Of a DNA stretch of 32,000 nt, positions 1 through 7,450 are shown piece by piece (position 1 is the stretch's first letter; the number at the start of each line of letters is the position of its first letter). The translations under genes and the position numbers were made by a program. The notes under the pieces are model-generated. The model was not told the origin of the DNA, did not search any database, and saw only the letters and a program-made list of their open reading frames with translations. The stretch comes from an uncultured Lentisphaeria bacterium (GTDB lineage Bacteria > Verrucomicrobiota > Lentisphaeria > JABSQK01 > JAJFLO01), in the NCBI GenBank assembly GCA_951812855.1, contig OX638337.1:1350001-1382000 (forward strand), given 5' to 3'.

Positions 1-321
1 ATGGCGGATAAACTTGGATCACTTCCCATGGTATCAATGTTTTTACAAGGGGATCTTGCTCAACAGATAAAGCAAATGTTAGTCGATCAATTAGACGAAG
101 TTATTCCTGAATTTGTAGAAACAAGCATAACCCAGATAGAAAAACAATTAGATTTTAAAGAAATTGTAAAACAGAAAGTAGAAAATTTTGATCACGAAAA
201 ACTTGAAGAGATTGTATTTAGAATAGCAGATAAAGAACTAAAAACGATTGAAATTCTCGGTGCAATTTTAGGTTTTTTTATTGGAAGCGTTCAGGTCGCA
301 ATTCTAATCGTATTCAGGTAA
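1..321 (+). CDS. DUF445-family membrane protein, C-terminal part (5' end lies outside the window)
   Basis: The ORF is open from the window edge. The tail ...FDHEKLEEIVFRIADKELKTIEILGAILGFFIGSVQVAILI matches my recollection of the conserved DUF445 C-terminus, including the final hydrophobic helix. Confidence 0.55.
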   Translation: MADKLGSLPMVSMFLQGDLAQQIKQMLVDQLDEVIPEFVETSITQIEKQLDFKEIVKQKVENFDHEKLEEIVFRIADKELKTIEILGAILGFFIGSVQVAILIVFR

Positions 322-392
322 GCTGTTACTTTCGTATTAAACCGTTTATGTCCTTCTGCTTAATCTAAATGCAGAATAGCCGCATTCAATCA

Positions 393-1070
393 TCAAGCCC
401 GGGTCCGATGCTTTTTTAAGCAATAAATGTTATCCCGGGCTCGAGAATTAACAGAATTATGATCACGCCGATAACCCAGAATTTCCTTTTGATTTTTTAG
501 AACATCTGAAACAAATGATTTAGAGCCGACAGCAACACCCCCGGCAAAAAATCTAACCCGGAGCATCATTTGATTTGACCATTGGAGCTTTAATCGCATA
601 TCTGCCAGTTCAGGCAATTCACCGATTATAGCCATACCAACCTCACGGTTTTTTGAAGCATGACCTAAAAGATAATCTCTGAATCGATCCCAAATTCAAT
701 TAAGTACCAGTTTATCGTTACCTTTCAACGAATTTTCCGGTAATCCGAGTTCGCTTACTAAAAAAGAACGATTTCCCGGTCATCTTCCTGCAGCTTACCT
801 AATGCCATACGTTCAGCATACCCACTTCATTTATAATCTTCAGGTTCAATTACTATCTCTGCCCGTACCGGATTTAAGGTGAGAGATATAGTCTGTCATC
901 CTGGCGATTGCACAGTTTTCATCAACATTTTCAAAGTGGCAGATAGCTTGCGTAACACTATGAACCTCGCGACTCGACATGGCAGTGCCTCGGCTGAACA
1001 ACTGACATCCGCCGTTCGGGATTCATGCACAGGCCAACGAGAAAATCGTCTCCTGCTTTGCCATGCCAGT
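393..1070 (-). pseudogene. IS200-like / REP-associated (Y1, PF01797-type) tyrosine transposase remnant; 5'-truncated, frameshifted, with an in-frame stop
   Basis: The minus-strand 80-aa ORF (393-635) carries ..RVRFFAGGVAVGSKSFVSDVL.., typical of the C-terminal extension of long RayT-like proteins. Upstream minus-strand frames read FLVGLCMNPER and FENVDENCAIARMTDYISHL. After an extra A near 870-875 they read PVRAEIVIEPEDYK*SGYAERMALGKLQEDDREIVLF. This is the YIHLNPVRA..PEDYKWSGY signature with a frameshift, and TGA replaces the Trp codon near 828. The N-terminal HxH region is degenerate and cut off at the lipoprotein gene end (1072). Confidence 0.65.
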
Positions 1071-1071
1071 A

Positions 1072-1545
1072 TTAATTGCTGGAGCGTACAAAAATGGCGT
1101 TTTCAATACGCTCAAAAGCATTTTGGTAAATAGTAGCTTCCAACACGGGTGTATCCTGCTGGTCAGATTGACCATAATAGGATGATTTTTTATTGGTGTT
1201 TACAAAATTAAACCGGACTTTTGTAATGCTGCCAATTTCTTCTACGAAAGCGGTTGCTTTCGTTTGCGATACATCTGTTATGCCAAGCCAAAATTTTGAA
1301 GAGGCATCACTGCTGGAAGCACTATATGCCGTAATTAAACCAGTGTCTTTATCTGCACTGGCTACAGTATAGCCTAGATCTTGAAATACGGATATAACGC
1401 TAGGAAAAACTATATCTTTGCGGTGTTCATATTCGCGAGTCTGCATAATCTGTATTTCAAGAGGGGTCATAGTAAGCGGCCCTTGCGTTACACAGCCTGT
1501 TAGAAACACAAACAGAAATATAGTGACTAACTTTAAAGTTTTCAT
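1072..1545 (-). CDS. Lipoprotein, function unknown (157 aa)
   Basis: Signal peptide plus lipobox: MKTLKLVTIFLFVFLTGC. There is a strong SD (taaggagataagaaATG). It lies 11 nt downstream of the preceding lipoprotein gene on the same strand. Confidence 0.75.
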   Translation of the reverse strand: MKTLKLVTIFLFVFLTGCVTQGPLTMTPLEIQIMQTREYEHRKDIVFPSVISVFQDLGYTVASADKDTGLITAYSASSSDASSKFWLGITDVSQTKATAFVEEIGSITKVRFNFVNTNKKSSYYGQSDQQDTPVLEATIYQNAFERIENAIFVRSSN

Positions 1546-1556
1546 TTCTTATCTCC

Positions 1557-1955
1557 TTAAAAATTTGAGGTTCTACTCTTAAAATCGGTAACGACATCTT
1601 GATCATCAAATTTGATGATCAGCGTAATCATTCTTGAACTGCTTTCAAAACCAGCAGCAGAACCAGACTGCCCAGCTAATATGACAGTCCAATAGCCGGA
1701 TTTACTAGAAGATTGAGCAATTTGAGCCTGGCGTTGGTACGTCCATACTTCCCTTCCCGCTCCATCTCTCGTAGTGATATTGGGCGAACCAAATTTTTCA
1801 AGGACATCTGCTTTGGTCGTTTGACCCACCTCAAGATTCATTTGAACATTCCCTTGTGTAAGAGCAGAGTTTTTATCACTTACAGGCGAAGGCGTCGTAA
1901 CGCAGGCTGTCATAAGTAATGACAGCAAAAGAATGCCAACTATTTTTAATTTCAT
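1557..1955 (-). CDS. SmpA/OmlA (BamE)-like small lipoprotein
   Basis: The preferred start is the second ATG (MKLKIVGILLLSLLMTAC), which is preceded by aaggagaaatt. A lipobox LMTAC is present. LTQGNVQMNLEVGQTKADVLEKFGSPN...EVWTY resembles the BamE/SmpA-OmlA fold signature. The family call rests on motif recall only. Confidence 0.6.
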   Translation of the reverse strand: MKLKIVGILLLSLLMTACVTTPSPVSDKNSALTQGNVQMNLEVGQTTKADVLEKFGSPNITTRDGAGREVWTYQRQAQIAQSSSKSGYWTVILAGQSGSAAGFESSSRMITLIIKFDDQDVVTDFKSRTSNF

Positions 1956-2264
1956 AATTTCTCCTTGCATAATTTCTCCCTGGTTGATTTAAATACTGGC
2001 ACCGCACTAAGCCGCATAGCGGCGAGTCCGGCAGGCATAGTCTGTGCATTTAAGTGCTTTATAGTTCATTTTGTTGAAAACACAGAGTTTAACGACGTTT
2101 AACAACAGGTCAATGGAGGCCCACCTTCAATGACTGTCGAATGTCTTTTTTTCGCTTTTTCGTGTTTTGGGAATCACTTCCGTATGCAACCAGAGGACAC
2201 AGTACCAAACGGGCGACCAAGTGCTCTGGTGAATCGATTTATGAATTGCATTTTAGTATTTAAC

Positions 2265-4382
2265 TTACCAGTTAACTGTTAAGGCCAGATAAAAACTCCG
2301 GCCGTTACCGGGTAATTTATCACCTGCCCGGACATCACTGATTGGGGAACGATTAACGCCAGCCAGGTGATCGGTGTATTTTTTGTCAAATACATTTTCG
2401 ACACCGGCAGAGATGCCCATCGTTTCATTGATGTTATATTGGCTTCGCAAATTCATAATACCATACCCGCTGGTTTTCGATTCTGAATTTGTTTTTGATA
2501 CTTTGTTTTGTTTATAGTAAAACACACCTTCGACAGAGGCATACCAATTTTCCTGTTGATGCGTCAGGGAAAGAAGAGTGTTCGGGGGTGCAACTCGATA
2601 AAGGTCGTCATCAATATCATCGCGTTTTCCTCTGACAATTGATATGATGCTGTCAATCTTCCAGTTGTCGGTTAAACTGTAACCGGCTTCAATATCGGCT
2701 CCGTAAAATGTTGCATCAGTATTATTGAATACTAATGGGACGGTATTGGCCACACCAAACGGTTTATTGACAACTCCGCTTACAGTATTGAGCATTTTGT
2801 TGGTTGACGGTGTACCCTGTATGTAATCATCGACATCTTTATAGAAGACTCTGGGACGAGCATAGACTTTATCGGTGGAATAGTCCAGACCGATTTCTAA
2901 TTCATATGCTGTCTCATGATTCAGTTCAGGATTACCAACGTAAATTCGTCCGTCAGCCATACCGCCACTGATTTCTAAAGGAATCCACATGTAACGTTCG
3001 ATGAAATTTGGCGACCGGGTTTTACGAGCTGCCCCGAGTTCAAGGGTTAGATTTTCATTCATTTTGTAATTTAACCGGAGAACAGCATCAATATTGTCAT
3101 CAGACTGACTGAGATCTGATGCGTTAAAGTTATTCTTGATTTTTTGCAATCCGGGTGGAAGAGACGCTGCGATATTGACAGGGTCGGTGCGGGATGTAAT
3201 GTGGTTATAGCGGATGCCGAACTCTATTTCCGCCTCGGAACCGATTGGATTTGTCCATTCCAGAAAAACGCCATCGCGATTTCGCTCAGCATTGTTAATG
3301 TTTTCAATGAAAAATGCCGCTGCCGTAGGATTTGTGATATCGGCATCATGTTCCGCATAATCAGCATCAATCCCAAAGTTTACATAGCCATCCCCTGTTG
3401 CAAAGGTTGTTTTCAGGGCAAAGCCGGTTGCTTTTGCCTGAGGCAATGCCTGACGTTTTGCTCCTGCAGCGACAGGATTCGCAGCGGTTTCTCTGAGGGA
3501 GAAGTTATTCATTCCATGATCAATTTCAGAATAATAGAATTTTCCTGTAATCCCACCGTCGCCAAAATTCAGTTTGTAGTTTGCTCCCCAGATATCGCCG
3601 TCGAAAAACATGACGTCCATCGGTAAAGCAGGTGTTCCGGTTTTACCCGTTTCAACTCGGGTGTAATCAAATCCAAACTGATGGTCTCCGACTCTAAATT
3701 CAGACCCTAATTTGAGATTTTTTCGTTCATGGCCGGTTGGTCTATTTGTATCATTGTGTTCATAGTTATAATCATCACCGTCTTCTCTGCTTCCTGTTAC
3801 AAAAAATTTCATATTTTGATTTGCTATTGTATTAAGGAATCCATAAGAAACACCATTGTTATTACTATTTAAATCACCTTTTAATTCACCGTGATATTCA
3901 AATTCTTCACTGTCGCCGAAGTTACCCAATTTTGAGTTGGCAATCATTGTTCCGCCGATTGTTTCGATTCCGGTACTGACCGGTGCAATTCCCCGATAGA
4001 CCTCGAGTGTCTGCAATTGTAATCTTGGTGCGTACCCCAAAGGAGGGTCCATTGAGTTTGTTCCGGCTGAAGTTAACGGTATTCCATCAATGACCTGATT
4101 GATTCGAGTACCAAACATCCCTCTGTATTGTGCTAAACTGGTAAGCGGTCCATTGCTGTTTACATTGGCACCGGGAATTTTCTTTAGAAGCTGTGTTGTA
4201 TCGGCCGGCATACCATGAAATCCTTCTGTTGCATGGACCTTGAATCGTTTCGCTTCGGCTTCTTTTTCAGCACGAACTATGATATCATCAAGTTGATAGA
4301 TATCGTCATTTGTTTGTGCATAGGTATTCAAGGCAATTTGTATTACTAAAAGAGAACATAAAAATTTGATTTGGTATTTCAT
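2265..4382 (-). CDS. TonB-dependent outer-membrane receptor, probably of the OprC/NosA copper-receptor subfamily
   Basis: 705 aa with a signal peptide and a TonB-box-like DDIIVRAEKE. The plug reads ..VEVYRG-like LEVYRGIAPV, and the terminal beta-strand ...GRSFYLALTVNW ends in an aromatic residue. There is a strong SD (aggaggaatttATG). The plug motif AGTNSMDPP and barrel motif EIDHGMNNFSLRE resemble the CPNRMDPP / DHVMDN region I recall from OprC-type receptors. Confidence 0.9.
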   Translation of the reverse strand: MKYQIKFLCSLLVIQIALNTYAQTNDDIYQLDDIIVRAEKEAEAKRFKVHATEGFHGMPADTTQLLKKIPGANVNSNGPLTSLAQYRGMFGTRINQVIDGIPLTSAGTNSMDPPLGYAPRLQLQTLEVYRGIAPVSTGIETIGGTMIANSKLGNFGDSEEFEYHGELKGDLNSNNNGVSYGFLNTIANQNMKFFVTGSREDGDDYNYEHNDTNRPTGHERKNLKLGSEFRVGDHQFGFDYTRVETGKTGTPALPMDVMFFDGDIWGANYKLNFGDGGITGKFYYSEIDHGMNNFSLRETAANPVAAGAKRQALPQAKATGFALKTTFATGDGYVNFGIDADYAEHDADITNPTAAAFFIENINNAERNRDGVFLEWTNPIGSEAEIEFGIRYNHITSRTDPVNIAASLPPGLQKIKNNFNASDLSQSDDNIDAVLRLNYKMNENLTLELGAARKTRSPNFIERYMWIPLEISGGMADGRIYVGNPELNHETAYELEIGLDYSTDKVYARPRVFYKDVDDYIQGTPSTNKMLNTVSGVVNKPFGVANTVPLVFNNTDATFYGADIEAGYSLTDNWKIDSIISIVRGKRDDIDDDLYRVAPPNTLLSLTHQQENWYASVEGVFYYKQNKVSKTNSESKTSGYGIMNLRSQYNINETMGISAGVENVFDKKYTDHLAGVNRSPISDVRAGDKLPGNGRSFYLALTVNW

Positions 4383-4455
4383 AAATTCCTCCTGATTCTT
4401 TTTAAAAAAATACGAATAAATAATTATGCAGGTTCAGTAGAGGCTGCTGAGGAAT

Positions 4456-4477
4456 AGTGATTTTTGTAACAATCACT
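4456..4477. promoter_or_regulatory. Candidate operator: inverted repeat AGTGATT-N8-AATCACT upstream of the TonB-dependent receptor gene
   Basis: A perfect 7-bp inverted repeat with an 8-nt spacer lies 75-95 nt upstream of the receptor ATG (4382). The overlapping 12-mer ATAGTGATTTTT (4454-4465) recurs as its exact reverse complement at 5204-5215. Confidence 0.25.
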
Positions 4478-4588
4478 TCATTGTTGTTACTCCGGACTTA
4501 AATGGAATAGAGAATAAGCAGGGGAGGATCCACCTGCAGGTGATTCTATCATCAGAGATGAATTAGTAAAGGGCAGAGAATAAAGATA

Positions 4589-5098
4589 TCAACAACGCCA
4601 GTTACTGTGCAAGATGTGTATATTTACTGTTATTATTGCTTGTTCACTGAACAAATGATTACTTTGTCCAGAGGGCAACTCATAGGATTGAGCTTGTTTT
4701 TGTTCCGGTTGCAGACATTTTTTTCTGTTGGTACGATGCTCACACCTGGAAAGTCTCTGTTTGATGAGCATAAACTGATTTGTGCCGCATGAGTTGGACC
4801 GTGTCAAGATACAATTTCCAGAAGCCGGATTGAGATTAATCCGGTCCGGCTGTGAGCGTTCAGGCTTGCCAAATAAATCGGTTTTGTTGAAATTTGGATC
4901 ATTATCTTTGAACTGTGGGGTCTCCGGTGCCTCACAGCAGCATGGTGACGTCGTGCTGCATTCCATTGTTGATGAACAGCAGCGTGCTGCATTTATCCAT
5001 TTAAACAAGTCGGTTGGCAATGTAAATGCACTCACATTGATCGCAGCAATTACATAAATGCACAAAAATATAAAAAAATGTTTTTTGATCCCGGCCAT
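4589..5098 (-). CDS. Hypothetical exported Cys-rich protein (coding status uncertain)
   Basis: From the second ATG the N-terminus MAGIKKHFFIFLCIYVIAAINVSAF looks like a signal peptide or TM helix. It is followed by ..ARCCSSTMECSTTSPCCCEAPETP... There is no SD. The region also yields long ORFs on the opposite strand and in another frame because it is palindrome-rich. The distal half has no recognisable features. Confidence 0.35.
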   Translation of the reverse strand: MAGIKKHFFIFLCIYVIAAINVSAFTLPTDLFKWINAARCCSSTMECSTTSPCCCEAPETPQFKDNDPNFNKTDLFGKPERSQPDRINLNPASGNCILTRSNSCGTNQFMLIKQRLSRCEHRTNRKKCLQPEQKQAQSYELPSGQSNHLFSEQAIITVNIHILHSNWRC

Positions 5099-5543
5099 GA
5101 ATAAACAATTTTCGATAAGGGAAATATGAATAGGCATTAAACCGGGTAACCTACGGATATAATATAAATTGTCAATTAAAGATTCATTGTTATGTCATTT
5201 ATGAAAAATCACTATGCAGGAATAACTATTTATTAACATGGTGTAAGAATTCTGGATATATTCGCTATGGGAAATTGAAATGATAATTATATTTTCGGTG
5301 TCAAAACGATATAATCGTATAACAAATTCCCAATGAAAAGAATATGTAAAAATTGAGTTAGAATATCGACAATACTGATAATACAATTCTCAATTTCTGA
5401 CGATATAAATCGATTATTCCAGAATTGAATTTCTGTATAAAGAATAACGTGTTGAGTTTCTCTCATATTTTTTATTGGTCATAATACCGGGAAATTAATC
5501 ATTCATAGGAATTTGATAAAATCCATCACATCGGTTTTTTAAT

Positions 5544-7223
5544 ATGGACAATCAAAAATGTATAATATTTATCTTAATTTTTGTTGGAAACCAACTCTTT
5601 GGTCACGGCGCACCAACGATATCATTAAAAAATAACGGGAATGATATTTTCATTGAATTTGGTTCTCCTTCACCTAATCTTCTGGACGGAGTCAGTGCGA
5701 TCACTGACGAAGGAACCCGTGTTCCTGTCAGCATATTTGCAGTGAATGGGAAGACGTCAATCTCAGTTATAGATACAAAAGTATTGCGTCGCAACAGGGT
5801 AACCTTTACAGCAAGTCATCCAGATACGGGTGAAGCTGCCTACAAAAATCAAGACTTCATTGTCACTGATCAAACAGCTCCGATAATAACCGTTATACAG
5901 TCCGTTATATCTATTCCCTTAGGCTCTGATGAACCTGATTTTAAAAGTAATGCTGCAGCACGTGATAATCGAGACGGAGATATTTCAGCTAATATTGTTC
6001 CAACACTGGGTGACGGGAGTCAAAAATTTGATTCCAGTAAACCCATAACTTATACAGTAACTTATAATGTCAGTGATCGCATGGGCAATAAGGCAATCGC
6101 CAAAACAGCAGAATATATTGTTTTCGATAACATCCCGCCTGTACTGAATATTACTGCCAGCCAGATCAATTTGGATCTGGGAACGGCACCTCCTGATCTC
6201 CTTGAGAATGTTGCAGCAACCGACAATATTGATGGAGACATTTCCTCGAAGATAGTCATTTCAATTCTCAAAGATGATACCACGATTGTAAACGACATTG
6301 ATACTTCTGCAGTAGGGATTTATACCGTTTTTTATAATGTCACGGATGGATCCGGCAATGCAGCTGAAACAAAAAAACGAACCTATCGAGTCGGGAAAAT
6401 CGTTGACCCAATGGATGATAAGGGGGACAGTGATGGAATGGCGGATCAATGGGAGACGGACAAATTAGGAAATCTTCGCTGGCATGCAGATGAAGATGCC
6501 GATCGGGATGGAATCAGTAATTTTATTGAGTTTACATTCGATACAGAACCGTTTATTTATGATATAAAATTTACGGCAGGATGGAATCTGATTTCATTAA
6601 CCCGAATTCCTAAAAATAATGCGGTATCATCGGTTTTTTTAACGGCAGCCCGGGAGAGTGTTTTGGGCAATGGGATATGGGAGTGGGATACTGAATTTCA
6701 GAATTTTAGTATCGCAAAAACTCTGGAACCGTTCAAAGGGTATTGGATCTGGACAAACCAGAATTTCAGTTTGCCTGTAAACACTGAGTTGGGTCCGGCT
6801 TTTGTTACGAATCAGGGCGATAATTCAGGTACTTTTCCTGATTCGGATAATGATGGGATGGATGATACCTGGGAAAAACTGCATTTTGATGGCGAACTCC
6901 GATGGCTCGGATCTGACGACAATGATTTTGATGGTAAGTCAAATAAAGAGGAATTCGATGCCTCCCCTCAAACCGATCCAAATGGTTATATCATATCAAT
7001 TAACCAGGGCTGGAATCTAATGTCCTTACCCGGCGAACCCAAAAACAATATTGTTTCAATGATTTTTAAAGAAAGTCCCTCGAATGAATTAATTTACCAT
7101 GGAAAAATTTGGGAATGGGATACTGACCAGAAAACCTACATATCAATAACTGAAATTACACCAACTAAAGGATTTTGGATATATTCTAATAAAACAATTT
7201 CTATTTCGATTGAAACCAAATAA
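5544..7223 (+). CDS. Secreted multidomain surface protein: about 3 DUF5011/Ig-like domains, then two cassettes of (TSP3-like acidic Ca-binding linker + ~70-aa GWN...GYW module)
   Basis: Signal peptide MDNQKCIIFILIFVGNQLFGHG. DUF5011-type repeats are present (..AARDNRDGDISANIV....ITYTVTYNVSDRMGN.. and ..ATDNIDGDISSKIV...GIYTVFYNVTDGSGN..). Acidic DSDGMADQWE..DEDADRDGISNFIEF and DSDNDGMDDTWE..SDDNDFDGKSNKEEF linkers each precede GWNL(I/M)SL...IWEWDT...KG(Y/F)WI. Confidence 0.85.
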   Translation: MDNQKCIIFILIFVGNQLFGHGAPTISLKNNGNDIFIEFGSPSPNLLDGVSAITDEGTRVPVSIFAVNGKTSISVIDTKVLRRNRVTFTASHPDTGEAAYKNQDFIVTDQTAPIITVIQSVISIPLGSDEPDFKSNAAARDNRDGDISANIVPTLGDGSQKFDSSKPITYTVTYNVSDRMGNKAIAKTAEYIVFDNIPPVLNITASQINLDLGTAPPDLLENVAATDNIDGDISSKIVISILKDDTTIVNDIDTSAVGIYTVFYNVTDGSGNAAETKKRTYRVGKIVDPMDDKGDSDGMADQWETDKLGNLRWHADEDADRDGISNFIEFTFDTEPFIYDIKFTAGWNLISLTRIPKNNAVSSVFLTAARESVLGNGIWEWDTEFQNFSIAKTLEPFKGYWIWTNQNFSLPVNTELGPAFVTNQGDNSGTFPDSDNDGMDDTWEKLHFDGELRWLGSDDNDFDGKSNKEEFDASPQTDPNGYIISINQGWNLMSLPGEPKNNIVSMIFKESPSNELIYHGKIWEWDTDQKTYISITEITPTKGFWIYSNKTISISIETK

Positions 7224-7450
7224 AACGGATATTCTATTTCCCTTTCATTTTAAAGATTATTAAATTTGCATACTGCCTTGTTATGTCAATAATACTTTTG
7301 CTGATCATTGCCTGTGCAGGTACACTTTCGTTCAATGTTTATATGACCACATTGGCTGTCAGACTTTTGCAATTTCGGATAACGTAATGTTCCGATGTTT
7401 GAATTTTGTCCTGGTAATTACCGGAAATCATAATTTTTGGATTGTAAACA

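Noticed and set aside
879-1133. 84-aa plus-strand ORF
   Set aside because: It is antisense to the Y1 transposase pseudogene, whose motifs are readable on the minus strand, and it overlaps the 3' end of the well-supported lipoprotein gene. It is a shadow ORF.
1998-2045. tRNA-like or att-site fragment (..GGCGAGTCCGGCAGGC..)
   Set aside because: It lacks a proper T-arm (no GTTCGA/TTCGAAT loop with complementary 5-bp stems), and no acceptor or anticodon arms can be drawn.
3144-3626. 160-aa plus-strand ORF inside the TonB-dependent receptor gene. The same applies to the other antisense or overlapping track ORFs, for example 1713-1919, 5603-5794, 6062-6449, 8565-8945, 9514-9825, 10914-11132, 12246-12506, 12672-12938, 13432-14073, 14660-15264, 16846-17061, 17354-17569, 17785-18048, 18597-18848, 20095-20424, 21489-21692, 22724-22921, 23397-23747, 25982-26197, 26372-26650, 28168-28395, 28780-28994, 29746-29964, 30207-30506 and 30757-30951.
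   Set aside because: Each is nested in, or antisense to, a longer ORF with clear family signatures. Their compositions are odd (Cys/Arg/Ile-rich) and none carries its own motif.
4383-4600. Possible cobalamin (or other) riboswitch in the leader of the TonB-dependent receptor gene
   Set aside because: I read the minus-strand leader looking for the B12-box and the GGTG/AGGGAA core. Only a weak AGTCCGGAG resemblance is present and none of the flanking conserved elements. The receptor itself looks OprC-like rather than BtuB-like.
4589-5137. Methanobactin/chalkophore-type precursor next to a TonB-dependent transporter
   Set aside because: The ORF is far longer than MbnA-type precursors, and there are no MbnB/MbnC-like maturation genes anywhere in the window.
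5195-5386. 63-aa minus-strand ORF in the divergent intergenic region
   Set aside because: It lies in very AT-rich promoter-like DNA. The peptide is Ile/Tyr/Ser/Phe-rich as expected from composition alone, and it has no start context or motif.
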